This document shows, one piece after another, positions 41,667 through 50,033 of a stretch of DNA of 54,619 nucleotides (positions within the stretch are counted from its first letter, which is position 1; every line of letters starts with the position of its first letter). A model generated the notes under the pieces. It did no database searches, was not told the DNA's origin, and worked only from the letters and a program-made list of their open reading frames with translations. Location: contig JAAYBS010000151.1 of the NCBI GenBank assembly GCA_012718855.1, positions 1 through 54,619 on the forward strand. Reading direction: 5' to 3'. A program made the translations under genes and the position numbers. The DNA comes from Syntrophomonadaceae bacterium. GTDB taxonomy: Bacteria > Bacillota > Syntrophomonadia > Syntrophomonadales > Syntrophomonadaceae.

Positions 41667-41789
41667 GCAACATTAATTGCGGAGCCAACAGGCGGAGCAT
41701 CAGCAACCTTAATTGTGTTCATAGCCGAAGGCTTGAACACATCAGTAGTCCTGTGGGCAACATTAATTACACCCCACAGGGTGTATCAG
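41667..41789 (+). repeat. three tandem modules of GCAAC(A/C)TTAATT, a variable 16-26 nt segment, then ATCA(G)
   Basis: Modules at 41667..41702, 41703..41745 and 41757..41789. The variable segment of module 2 (GTGTTCATAGCC-GAA-GGCTTGAACAC) and module 3 (ACACCC-CACA-GGGTGT) is a hairpin. In module 1 it is a direct repeat (GCGGAGC..GCGGAGC). Confidence 0.7.
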
Positions 41790-41914
41790 TGGTACCGGTT
41801 ACGGTGTAGTCCCCGTTAGGGGGATAACGCGGATTTTTTTGTTGATAATATTGAGTTAGGTTATATATTGGGAGTTATGCTTCCTATTAAAGTAGTATGT
41901 TTCTATTTTTTTGA

Positions 41915-41954
41915 ACCTGACTTTACCTGACTTCCACTGACTTCACCTGACTGA
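41915..41954 (+). repeat. four tandem 10-bp phased repeats (CCTGACTTNN)
   Basis: CCTGACTTTA CCTGACTTCC ACTGACTTCA CCTGACTGAT. The CTGACT cores fall at exactly 10-bp spacing (41917, 41927, 41937, 41947). Confidence 0.8.
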
Positions 41955-41996
41955 TTATTAATTTTAAAATAGTGTTATCCCTGCCAAAATCCGTTT

Positions 41997-42200
41997 GGGT
42001 AAATAAATATGCAGGAGCCGTTGGGACGGAGCATGGCGGAAACACTCTGCGAAGGCCAGCAGCGTAAGGGGGCGAGCCCCATGGACGGGGCGAGAGTGAC
42101 GCCCCGCACGGATGCGGAATCGGAAAGTCCCCCTGGAGTCGCTGGACAAACAAATGGTGTTTCCCATGTGGAGTCCCGGCGACAGAATATTTATTCACCC
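41997..42200 (-). repeat. GC-rich long-hairpin element, copy B (inverted relative to copy A)
   Basis: 204 nt. Read on the minus strand, the closing stem is GGGTGAATAAATAT/ATATTTATTTACCC (14 bp, one G-U). The core 42138..42063 matches the copy A core. Confidence 0.75.
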
Positions 42201-42224
42201 TTACCAGCGAATCATACCTTTTTG

Positions 42225-42265
42225 TAACCTGACAGTTATTTATAATAAATACAAAATTCAGGTTA
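42225..42265. repeat. inverted repeat TAACCTGA-N25-TCAGGTTA
   Basis: Perfect 8-bp arms at 42225..42232 and 42258..42265 flanking an AT-rich spacer. Confidence 0.6.
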
Positions 42266-42289
42266 AGTAGAGCCAGGAACAGTCCCTTT

Positions 42290-42344
42290 ACAGGACTACT
42301 GATGTGTTTTCACCCTTACGGGTTAAGAACACCAATAATGTTGC
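42290..42344 (-). repeat. fourth hairpin module, inverted copy of the module at 41703..41754
   Basis: The reverse complement reads GCAACATTATTG-GTGTTCTTAACCC-GTAA-GGGTGAAAACAC-ATCAGTAGTCCTGT. The last 19 nt (AACACATCAGTAGTCCTGT) are identical to 41736..41754. The apical stem differs but still pairs (ACCC/GGGT versus AGCC/GGCT). Confidence 0.7.
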
Positions 42345-42362
42345 AGGTTCAAAAAAACTGAA

Positions 42363-43451
42363 TCACTGACCTGTGTTGACCAGGGACAGGAATTCTTCAC
42401 GGGTGATAGTTTTCAACGGGGAGTTATCGTCAAATGTACTTACTCCTATCTCATTTTGACTAAGCTGATCAATTCCTACCGGGATGACTTTCAGGTCATA
42501 ATTACTCTGCCACCAGAAAATATTAGCCCGTTTATTTCCTACCAACTTGGAAATATCCCGGGGATTAACATATAGTTTTACGTTTCCGGAAGCATGTCCA
42601 TGTTCCTTATACCATAATAACAACGGTTCTGCCTGCTGTTTAAATAAAGCTTGTTCTACCAATTCCCCAAAAGCTGGATGAAAAGGACCGGCAATAATAT
42701 TTCCGGGTTGCCGTAATTCTTCACCTGGATGTAAGCCCATGCGAATAACCGGAATATGAGCAATTTGGAATTGCATATACATTTGCAGTACAGTCTCAAT
42801 TGCTTCATCAAGGGATAATGGTTGGTAGGTATTGCGCAGGTACATATGATGCAAGCCGGTATCTTCAATAACCAGAGTGGGATAAATTCTTACCATATCA
42901 GGATTTATTTTAATAGTATTCTGCGTTGAATATAATTCATGATAATAAGTGGAGCCGGGAAGCCCTATCATTAATTGAATCCCCAGCTTAAAGTTATATT
43001 GCTTGATAAGCTCACAGGCTGTAAAAACATCCTCCGCATAATAACCTCGTGAAGATGCTTTTAGAACCTCATCATGCAAAGATTGAACTCCCAGTTCAAT
43101 GGTTGTAACTCCTCCCTGTGCCAATCGATTAAGAATGGGGGCAGAAATAGCATCCGGCCTGGTAGAGATGCGAATCCCGGATACTCTTTCGCTGGATAAA
43201 TAATCGGCCATCGCATTCAAGTATTCGCTTTGCAGATTAGCCGGCAGTGAAGTAAAATTCCCCCCAAAAAAAGCAACCTCAATTTCAGCATCAGCAGGTA
43301 TAGTATGGAGGGCAGGTTCAATTATATAAGATAGATGCTCCGGATACGGAGCACTGTTTTGGGTAGCTATTTTGTTCTGATTGCAGTACAGACATTGAAA
43401 GGGGCAGCCTGCATGAGGGATAAACACCGGAATATTATAATGTTTTTTCAC
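42363..43451 (-). CDS. radical SAM protein (ELP3/MiaB/NifB-like family commonly found downstream of rnc in Clostridia)
   Basis: 362-aa ORF with the CxxxCxxC motif (GCPFQCLYC) close to the N-terminus. Confidence 0.75.
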   Translation of the reverse strand: MKKHYNIPVFIPHAGCPFQCLYCNQNKIATQNSAPYPEHLSYIIEPALHTIPADAEIEVAFFGGNFTSLPANLQSEYLNAMADYLSSERVSGIRISTRPDAISAPILNRLAQGGVTTIELGVQSLHDEVLKASSRGYYAEDVFTACELIKQYNFKLGIQLMIGLPGSTYYHELYSTQNTIKINPDMVRIYPTLVIEDTGLHHMYLRNTYQPLSLDEAIETVLQMYMQFQIAHIPVIRMGLHPGEELRQPGNIIAGPFHPAFGELVEQALFKQQAEPLLLWYKEHGHASGNVKLYVNPRDISKLVGNKRANIFWWQSNYDLKVIPVGIDQLSQNEIGVSTFDDNSPLKTITREEFLSLVNTGQ

Positions 43452-43459
43452 GAGGCAAG

Positions 43460-44179
43460 TTACCTTTCCATATCAATTAATTTTAACAAATGAGGGTCAT
43501 TTACCACTTTTCCTGCAGCTTTCTGTTGGGCTTCTTTTTTACTGCGTCCAATACCGGTTGCTAAAAGTTTATCCTCGTAATATACGCCGGCAGTGAATAC
43601 TTTGGCATGTGCCGGACCATTTTCATTCAAAATTTCATAAATTACATTTGACTTGTTTTTTGCCTGAACCAGTTCCTGTAGACGTGATTTATAATCATAA
43701 AAATCACCTGAAGCAGTATCCTCAATAGCTTCTATTAAATAACTCTTTATAAAATCTGCTGCTCCCTGAAATCCCTGATCCAGGTATATCGCCCCGATAA
43801 CAGCTTCAACTGCATCAGCCAGGATGGACTTGCGGCCACGCCCGCCCGATTTATCTTCTCCTTTGCCCAGCAGCAGGTATTTCCCGAGCTGCATTTCATG
43901 GGCCCAATTATCCAAAGCCGACTCACATACTACCCGTGAACGAATTTTAGTTAATTCGCCCTCAGCTTTTTCAGGATACCTTTTAAAAATATATTCGGCC
44001 ACTACCAGATTCAAAACTGCATCACCCAGGAATTCCAAACGTTGATTAGTATTAATCTTGTTTTTTTCCTGTGCATAGGATGGATGTGCCAATGCCAGGG
44101 CAATTAAATTCAAATCATTACATTTAATCTGGTTGGTCTCAATAAACTCCCGGGCAATTTTTAGTTCGTGATTAGCCAT
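43460..44179 (-). CDS. rnc: ribonuclease III
   Basis: 239-aa ORF with the RNase III signature QRLEFLGDAVL and a C-terminal dsRBD. Confidence 0.95.
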   Translation of the reverse strand: MANHELKIAREFIETNQIKCNDLNLIALALAHPSYAQEKNKINTNQRLEFLGDAVLNLVVAEYIFKRYPEKAEGELTKIRSRVVCESALDNWAHEMQLGKYLLLGKGEDKSGGRGRKSILADAVEAVIGAIYLDQGFQGAADFIKSYLIEAIEDTASGDFYDYKSRLQELVQAKNKSNVIYEILNENGPAHAKVFTAGVYYEDKLLATGIGRSKKEAQQKAAGKVVNDPHLLKLIDMER

Positions 44180-44420
44180 TTTTAACCTGCTCTAAATAAG
44201 TATACAAGGCTTCGATCAATAATCTCATGGTGGGATAATCCTCCAGGTCCTCCTCGGGAAACTCTATGTCATAAATGTCTTCCAGGGCCATTATCATTTC
44301 CACTATATCAATCGAATCGGCATCAATTTCTTCGAAACTGGTTTCCATAGTAATGTCATCCGGGCTGATATCAAGTTGTTCCGCCAGTAATTTTCGTGCC
44401 AGTTCAAAAAATTCCTGCAT
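44172..44420 (-). CDS. acpP: acyl carrier protein
   Basis: 82-aa acidic ORF with a DADSID phosphopantetheine attachment-type motif, located between plsX and rnc. Confidence 0.8.
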   Translation of the reverse strand: MQEFFELARKLLAEQLDISPDDITMETSFEEIDADSIDIVEMIMALEDIYDIEFPEEDLEDYPTMRLLIEALYTYLEQVKNG

Positions 44421-44473
44421 GTAAATCCCTCCAATTTTTTCGGTTTCTATAAAGTCTATGCGTATATATTAAA

Positions 44474-45436
44474 TTATTCAGCCAATATCGCTTGCAACGC
44501 TGAAATTTGTTCAGTCACCATATTACGCGTAACACAATTCTCTGCTACCAGCATAGCGTTATAAACAGCTTCCCTGCGGGAACTTCCATGACCTACAACG
44601 CTTATTCCGTTTACACCCAATAAAGGAGCACCACCAACTTTGGTATAATCTATACGACTAAAAAATTGGGGCAAAGCCCCTAATTCCCGGGTTACCCCGT
44701 GAGCAATAAACCCGGCCAATCCCTCAACTGTTTTTAAAACTATATTACCGGTAAATCCATCACATAATACTACATCGACCTTACCGCTGAAAAGGTCACG
44801 TCCCTCCAAATTGCCAACAAAGTTTAATTGTGGATGTTGTTTCAGCAGTGTATGAGCTTCAACGCTGACAGAATTACCCTTGGTCTCCTCCTCACCATTA
44901 TTGAGCAAGGCAATACTTGGGTTTTGCTTATTAAATTGCAACACAGCATAAGCACTGCCCAATAGTGCAAATTGCAGTAATTGAACTGGTTTACAATCTA
45001 CATTGGCTCCTACGTCAATTAACAGGGTCACACTATCAGCAGCATTAGGTAAAGAGGCCACTATAGGCGGACGATCAATTCCCTTCATCCTGCCCAGAAT
45101 AAATATAGCCGCTGCCATTTGAGCTCCTGTACTTCCACATGATACCAGAGCATCTGCCTGGCCGGCCTTAACCAGATTAGTAGCTACAATTATGGAAGCG
45201 TCTTTTTTCTTCCGCATGGCTTGAGCCGGAGACTCATTCATCTCGACCACTTGAGAAGCATGAGCTATTTCCACCCGGGTCGAATCATAGGTTTGGGAAT
45301 TTAATTCCTGCTCAATTAAATCCGATTGTCCCACCAGGATGGCTGTACCGCGTTGTTCCTCTGTCCATCGTAATGCACCGGCAATTAATTCTGAAGGGGC
45401 ATAATCCCCTCCCATAACATCCACTGCAATTCTCAT
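44474..45436 (-). CDS. plsX: phosphate acyltransferase PlsX
   Basis: 320-aa ORF with full-length PlsX similarity (MRIAVDVMGGD, GFTGN). Confidence 0.95.
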   Translation of the reverse strand: MRIAVDVMGGDYAPSELIAGALRWTEEQRGTAILVGQSDLIEQELNSQTYDSTRVEIAHASQVVEMNESPAQAMRKKKDASIIVATNLVKAGQADALVSCGSTGAQMAAAIFILGRMKGIDRPPIVASLPNAADSVTLLIDVGANVDCKPVQLLQFALLGSAYAVLQFNKQNPSIALLNNGEEETKGNSVSVEAHTLLKQHPQLNFVGNLEGRDLFSGKVDVVLCDGFTGNIVLKTVEGLAGFIAHGVTRELGALPQFFSRIDYTKVGGAPLLGVNGISVVGHGSSRREAVYNAMLVAENCVTRNMVTEQISALQAILAE

Positions 45437-45528
45437 ACTTTACCTCCTCGGAAACACAAAAAGTAAGCTATTAGTCCTTTTAACAAGACTATATACCTTA
45501 CTTCTTGAACAGTCTACCGGAATAGAGA

Positions 45529-45699
45529 TTACATAACGCTTTTACCTTTATAATAACCGCAGGCTAAACATGCACGATGCGGCAGCTTTAATGCATGACA
45601 TTGTGGACACTCTACCAGTCCGGGTGCGTCAATTTTTCTCCATTCAGAGCGTCTTTTGTTTTTCCGGGCATGGGACTGTCTTCTTTTAGGTACTCCCAC
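45529..45699 (-). CDS. rpmF: 50S ribosomal protein L32
   Basis: Below the track length cut-off. GTG start after AGGAGG. Reads (M)GVPKRRQSHARKNKRRSEWRKIDAPGLVECPQCHALKLPHRACLACGYYKGKSVM, 56 aa, with the CxxC...CxxC zinc ribbon. Confidence 0.9.
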   Translation of the reverse strand: MGVPKRRQSHARKNKRRSEWRKIDAPGLVECPQCHALKLPHRACLACGYYKGKSVM

Positions 45700-45717
45700 T
45701 TGCAAAAACCTCCTTCC

Positions 45718-46224
45718 CTAGGTAAGATGCCGTAGTTTTTCCCAGCGGGGATCAATATTATCCTGCTGGCATTGACAGGAACTGCTGTTCAAATCAATTC
45801 CACATATCGGGCACAGGCCCTTACAATTAATACTACAAAGCGGGGCCATAGGAACCTGAGTAAGGATGATATCATATATCAGTGCAGAAAAATCAGCAAT
45901 TCCATCCTTAATAAATACTAACTCATCCTGCCATAGATCCTGTTCTTCCTGAAGAGATATATCAATCATACCAACAGCAAAATTAGCATTAATATCATAA
46001 ACAAAGGGCTCCAGACAGCGTGAGCAATTCAAAACCACTTCAGTTGATATTGTACCAAAAGCTTTAATCCGTTGGTCTTCAATTTCCAGGCGAATATCTA
46101 TAAATATTGGTTTACCGAATTCTTTACCCAGTGGTTTCAATATTTCATTATTCCCTGGTATCTCCGAATGAAATAGCTGACCTTGACCAGCTGATAATTT
46201 CATTCCTTTCAGGTTGATTTCCAT
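45718..46224 (-). CDS. YceD/YlbN family DUF177 protein
   Basis: 168-aa ORF with C-terminal Cys motifs (CKGLCPICG) and the conserved position directly upstream of rpmF. Confidence 0.85.
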   Translation of the reverse strand: MEINLKGMKLSAGQGQLFHSEIPGNNEILKPLGKEFGKPIFIDIRLEIEDQRIKAFGTISTEVVLNCSRCLEPFVYDINANFAVGMIDISLQEEQDLWQDELVFIKDGIADFSALIYDIILTQVPMAPLCSINCKGLCPICGIDLNSSSCQCQQDNIDPRWEKLRHLT

Positions 46225-46374
46225 GCGTGCACCCCATAAAAATAACAGATTAATTATAGTCTTACCCTGTTATTATTGTCAACCTTGGAAGGTTTTAAGC
46301 TCCTTTGTTTAAAGGCACTTTAATTTGCTCTTTATTCTGTAAATGGGGAAAATTAAAATGCCCCCGGCAAACAT

Positions 46375-46398
46375 AAAAAGGGCGGGTTGCCCCGCCCC
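46375..46398 (-). terminator. rho-independent terminator after ackA
   Basis: On the minus strand, GGGGCGGG-GCAA-CCCGCCC followed by UUUUU. Confidence 0.75.
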
Positions 46399-46409
46399 TG
46401 TTTAAAGTC

Positions 46410-47603
46410 TTATTTAGCCAGTTTATAAGTATCTCTGGCAATAACCAGTTCTTCATTAGTAGGAATAACAAAGATTCTGACCTTGGAATCAGCAGTAGCC
46501 ACATCAACTTCCTTGCCCCGAACCTTATTCTTTTCTACATCCATCTTAATTCCCAGCTGGTCCAGATTTTCACAAATCTTCTCACGAACATCATAACCAT
46601 TTTCACCAACACCAGCAGTGAAAACCAGACAATCGCAGCCATTTAACTTGGCAATATAGTTACCGATGTAGCCCTTAACCTTGTTATAATAAACATCCAG
46701 GGCATTCTGGGCTCTTTCATTGCCGGAAGATGCTGCTTCCAAAATATCACGCAGGTCATTTGATACACCGGATAATCCCAACATACCTGATTTCTTATTA
46801 AAGTAGCTGTTGGCTTCCTGGGAGTTCATACCCAGTTTTTCCATGAGGAAGAACACTATCGCCGGGTCAATATCTCCGGAACGGGTACCCATTACTAAAC
46901 CTTCCAGCGGAGTAAAGCCCATGGAGGTATCTACAACTCTTCCGTCTTTAATAGCTGCCATACTGGCGCCATTACCCAGATGCAACGTGACAATCTTACA
47001 ATCTTCATAAGGTTTGCCCAGCATTTCAGCAGCACGATGAGCTACATAATAATGGGAAGTACCGTGGAAACCATATCTTCTAACCTTGAATTTTTCATAA
47101 ACTTCATAAGGCAGTGCGTACATGAAATTTGCCGGTTGCATAGTCTGATGGAAAGCGGTATCAAATGCAGCTACATGTTTAACATTAGGCATTAATTCCT
47201 GACAGGCTTCAATTCCCATCAAGTTTGGAGGATTATGTAGCGGTGCAATATCAAAGCAATCTTTGATTACTTTCTTAACTTTGTCGTCAATTACTACTGA
47301 TTCAGCAAAATCTTCTCCGCCATGAACTACGCGATGTCCAACTGCACCAATTTCATCCATGCTCTTAATGACACCATATTCGGGATTAATCAGCACATCC
47401 AATACCAGTTTCATACCTTCAGTATGGTCGGGCAAATCCTTCTTTATTACTACTTCATCTTTGCCGGTTGGTTTGTGTTCCAGGGTACTTCCCGGAATAC
47501 CTACGCGATCAACCAAGCCTTTGGCTAGAACTGATTCATCCGTCATATCAAACACCTGATACTTAATAGATGAACTACCTGCATTTACTACCAGTATCTT
47601 CAT
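46410..47603 (-). CDS. ackA: acetate kinase
   Basis: 397-aa ORF with full-length AckA similarity (MKILVVNAGSSSIKYQ, HRVVHGG, FHGTSH). Confidence 0.95.
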   Translation of the reverse strand: MKILVVNAGSSSIKYQVFDMTDESVLAKGLVDRVGIPGSTLEHKPTGKDEVVIKKDLPDHTEGMKLVLDVLINPEYGVIKSMDEIGAVGHRVVHGGEDFAESVVIDDKVKKVIKDCFDIAPLHNPPNLMGIEACQELMPNVKHVAAFDTAFHQTMQPANFMYALPYEVYEKFKVRRYGFHGTSHYYVAHRAAEMLGKPYEDCKIVTLHLGNGASMAAIKDGRVVDTSMGFTPLEGLVMGTRSGDIDPAIVFFLMEKLGMNSQEANSYFNKKSGMLGLSGVSNDLRDILEAASSGNERAQNALDVYYNKVKGYIGNYIAKLNGCDCLVFTAGVGENGYDVREKICENLDQLGIKMDVEKNKVRGKEVDVATADSKVRIFVIPTNEELVIARDTYKLAK

Positions 47604-47664
47604 TAAAAACCTACCTCCTCAAAAATTATAATGATCAGGTAAGAGCAACTCCCCCCAAATTGAA

Positions 47665-48657
47665 CTATGCCCTTACTGCTGTCATAGCAACTACATTAAC
47701 GATGTCTTCAACACTGCATCCCCGGGACAAATCATTAACCGGTTTGGCAATTCCCTGCAGTATGGGGCCAATTGCTTCAGCTTTGGCCAAACGCTGTACC
47801 AGTTTATAACCAATGTTTCCTGCCTGTAAATCAGGGAAAATCAATACATTACATTCACCTGCTACTGGACTGCCAGGAGCCTTTGATGAACCAACACTGG
47901 GAACTAAAGCAGCATCTGCCTGGAATTCTCCATCAACTTTCAGCTCAGGAAATCTTTCTTTGGCAATCTTGACAGCGTTGGCAACTTTGTCAACTACTTC
48001 ATGACTGGCACTTCCTTTGGTTGAGAAAGAAAGCATACCAACTTTAGGATCTTTCATGCCACAAAGGTCAACAGCCGTACCAATAGAAGATTGAGCAAAC
48101 TCAGCCATTTGTTCTTCTGTAGGTACCGGAGTTACTGCACAGTCAGCAAATACAAAAGTTCCCTTATCCCCAAAATCACTATTGGGTACTATCATAATGA
48201 AGGCGCCTGATACTGCTGAGATACCAGGAGCAGTTTTAATAATCTGCAAAGCAGGTCGTAAAACATTGCCGGTAGTATTTTCAGCTCCAGCTACTTCACC
48301 ATCAGCTTTACCCATTTTAACCATCATGGATGCAAAAAATAGCGGGTCCAACATAGTGCTTTTAGCTTTATCCAAGTCTACTCCCTTGGATTTGCGCATT
48401 TCATAGAAAGCCTGTACAAAATCATCATAGAAAGCTGATTTTGCTGGATTGATGATTTCAGCTCCGGAAATGTCGGCTCCAATTTTACTTGCCAAAGCCT
48501 TAATTTCACCTTCGTCGCCTAACAAAATGGGATTAGCCAACCGTTGTGCAACGATGGCCTTGATTGCCTGTAAAGTTCTTTCTTCCGTACCTTCAGGCAA
48601 CACAATAGTTTTGACATTCTTTGCTGCCTTTTCTCTGATTTCTGCTAACAAACTCAT
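47665..48657 (-). CDS. pta: phosphate acetyltransferase
   Basis: 330-aa ORF, short (PTA_PTB only) Pta form, adjacent to ackA. Confidence 0.95.
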   Translation of the reverse strand: MSLLAEIREKAAKNVKTIVLPEGTEERTLQAIKAIVAQRLANPILLGDEGEIKALASKIGADISGAEIINPAKSAFYDDFVQAFYEMRKSKGVDLDKAKSTMLDPLFFASMMVKMGKADGEVAGAENTTGNVLRPALQIIKTAPGISAVSGAFIMIVPNSDFGDKGTFVFADCAVTPVPTEEQMAEFAQSSIGTAVDLCGMKDPKVGMLSFSTKGSASHEVVDKVANAVKIAKERFPELKVDGEFQADAALVPSVGSSKAPGSPVAGECNVLIFPDLQAGNIGYKLVQRLAKAEAIGPILQGIAKPVNDLSRGCSVEDIVNVVAMTAVRA

Positions 48658-48785
48658 TCTTCTACCTCCCCTAAATAATAACCTTCACCTTTCATTGAAA
48701 GCCAAGTAGCTGTGTTAATTCTAGCATAAAGTGAATAATTAGTGGTAAAATTTATAAGACAATAATAACCATTAGGAGCTGGGCT

Positions 48786-50033
48786 ATGGCTGTTCTGGGC
48801 ATTGTGGCTGAATTCAATCCTTTTCATAACGGACATCTGCATTTAGTAGAGGAAGCCTTAAAAAAAGATACTTTCTCTGCTTCAGTTTGTGTCATGAGTG
48901 GTAACTTTCTGCAACGTGGTGAACCAGCGCTATGCGATAAATGGTCACGAGCTGAGATGGCAGTTCGATGCGGACTTGACCTTATTATTGAGCTGCCGTT
49001 TTGTTTCGCAGTTCGCAGTGCCTGGTATTTTGCCCGTGGCGCCGTAAACTTGCTGGCTCAAACCGGAGTAGTTACCCACCTGGCTTTTGGCAGTGAAAGC
49101 GGAGATATGAATAGTCTCAATGCTATCGCTTCCATATTGGCTTCTGAACCAGATGAATTCAAAAGCAGTTTGCGTTCTCATCTGCATAAAGGTCTTAACT
49201 ATCCGGTAGCACGCTCTTTAGCTTTACAGGATTATATAAGCTCCACGCCCGATTTGGAAAATCTGCTAATGGGGCCTAATAATATCCTGGGGCTCGAATA
49301 CCTGCGCGTTATAAAAGAAGATTGTTTACCACTGATTCCCCTGACTATTCCCCGTCAGGGAAACTTTCATGACCTGGTACTGGGGCATTTTTCCAGCGCA
49401 ACTGCTATTCGCAAAAGTCTGGAACAAAACCAGTCATTACAGCAAATCACTCCAGCCATGCCAAAGGTTTGCCTGACACGATTGGAAAAAGAGATCTCCC
49501 TGGGACGGGCACCAGTTCATACCAATGCTCTGGAACAGGCTGTATTTTTCCAACTTCGTTCCCGGTCAACTGCCCAACTACAAGAAATATACGAGGTAAC
49601 CGAAGGGCTGGAAAACCGTTTGCATAATGCTGCTATAACCAGTCATACTCTGGAGGAACTACGCCACCAGGTTAAGTCAAAACGATATAGTCTGACCCGA
49701 ATTAACCGCACCCTTTTATATTCTCTGTTAGCCCTTTCCAAAACCCAGATGCAGGCATTTGACCTTAATGGTCCTCAATACATACATGTTTTAGCTTTTT
49801 CTGCAAAAGGGCAGGAAATCCTTCAAGAGATGAAAATTAAATGTACATTACCCGTCTTAAACCGCGGAAGTGAGGTTAAACAAGCCTATATAGGGGGATT
49901 TGGTAAGCATGTCCAGGAAATGATAACCATAGATGTATTGGCTGATGATTTATATGTATTAGGTTTTCCCAATCCACAACATCGTCAGGGAGCCCAGGCG
50001 TTTACTTCCACACCCTTCATTCTGACCGATTAA
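48786..50033 (+). CDS. tmcAL: tRNA(Met) cytidine acetate ligase (YlbM family nucleotidyltransferase)
   Basis: 415-aa ORF with the N-terminal HxGH-type motif (EFNPFHNGHLH) and a YlbM-like syntenic position. Confidence 0.8.
   Translation: MAVLGIVAEFNPFHNGHLHLVEEALKKDTFSASVCVMSGNFLQRGEPALCDKWSRAEMAVRCGLDLIIELPFCFAVRSAWYFARGAVNLLAQTGVVTHLAFGSESGDMNSLNAIASILASEPDEFKSSLRSHLHKGLNYPVARSLALQDYISSTPDLENLLMGPNNILGLEYLRVIKEDCLPLIPLTIPRQGNFHDLVLGHFSSATAIRKSLEQNQSLQQITPAMPKVCLTRLEKEISLGRAPVHTNALEQAVFFQLRSRSTAQLQEIYEVTEGLENRLHNAAITSHTLEELRHQVKSKRYSLTRINRTLLYSLLALSKTQMQAFDLNGPQYIHVLAFSAKGQEILQEMKIKCTLPVLNRGSEVKQAYIGGFGKHVQEMITIDVLADDLYVLGFPNPQHRQGAQAFTSTPFILTD

Noticed and set aside
41667-41789. I considered a CRISPR array because of short direct repeats with variable inserts.
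   Set aside because: The conserved part is only 12 + 5 nt. Insert lengths are irregular (16-26 nt) and are themselves hairpins. There are only three units, and no cas genes or leader.
41789-41797. GTGGTACCG on the plus strand resembles the T-box core GGUGGUACCGCG and is followed by hairpins and a T7 run.
   Set aside because: There is no Stem I or specifier region upstream. No plus-strand gene follows for over 6 kb, and the match covers only 9 nt.
46295-46507. A 70-aa minus-strand ORF spans the ackA 3' end and its terminator.
   Set aside because: It overlaps the ackA coding sequence and reads through the GC hairpin of the terminator. It has no RBS or family resemblance.
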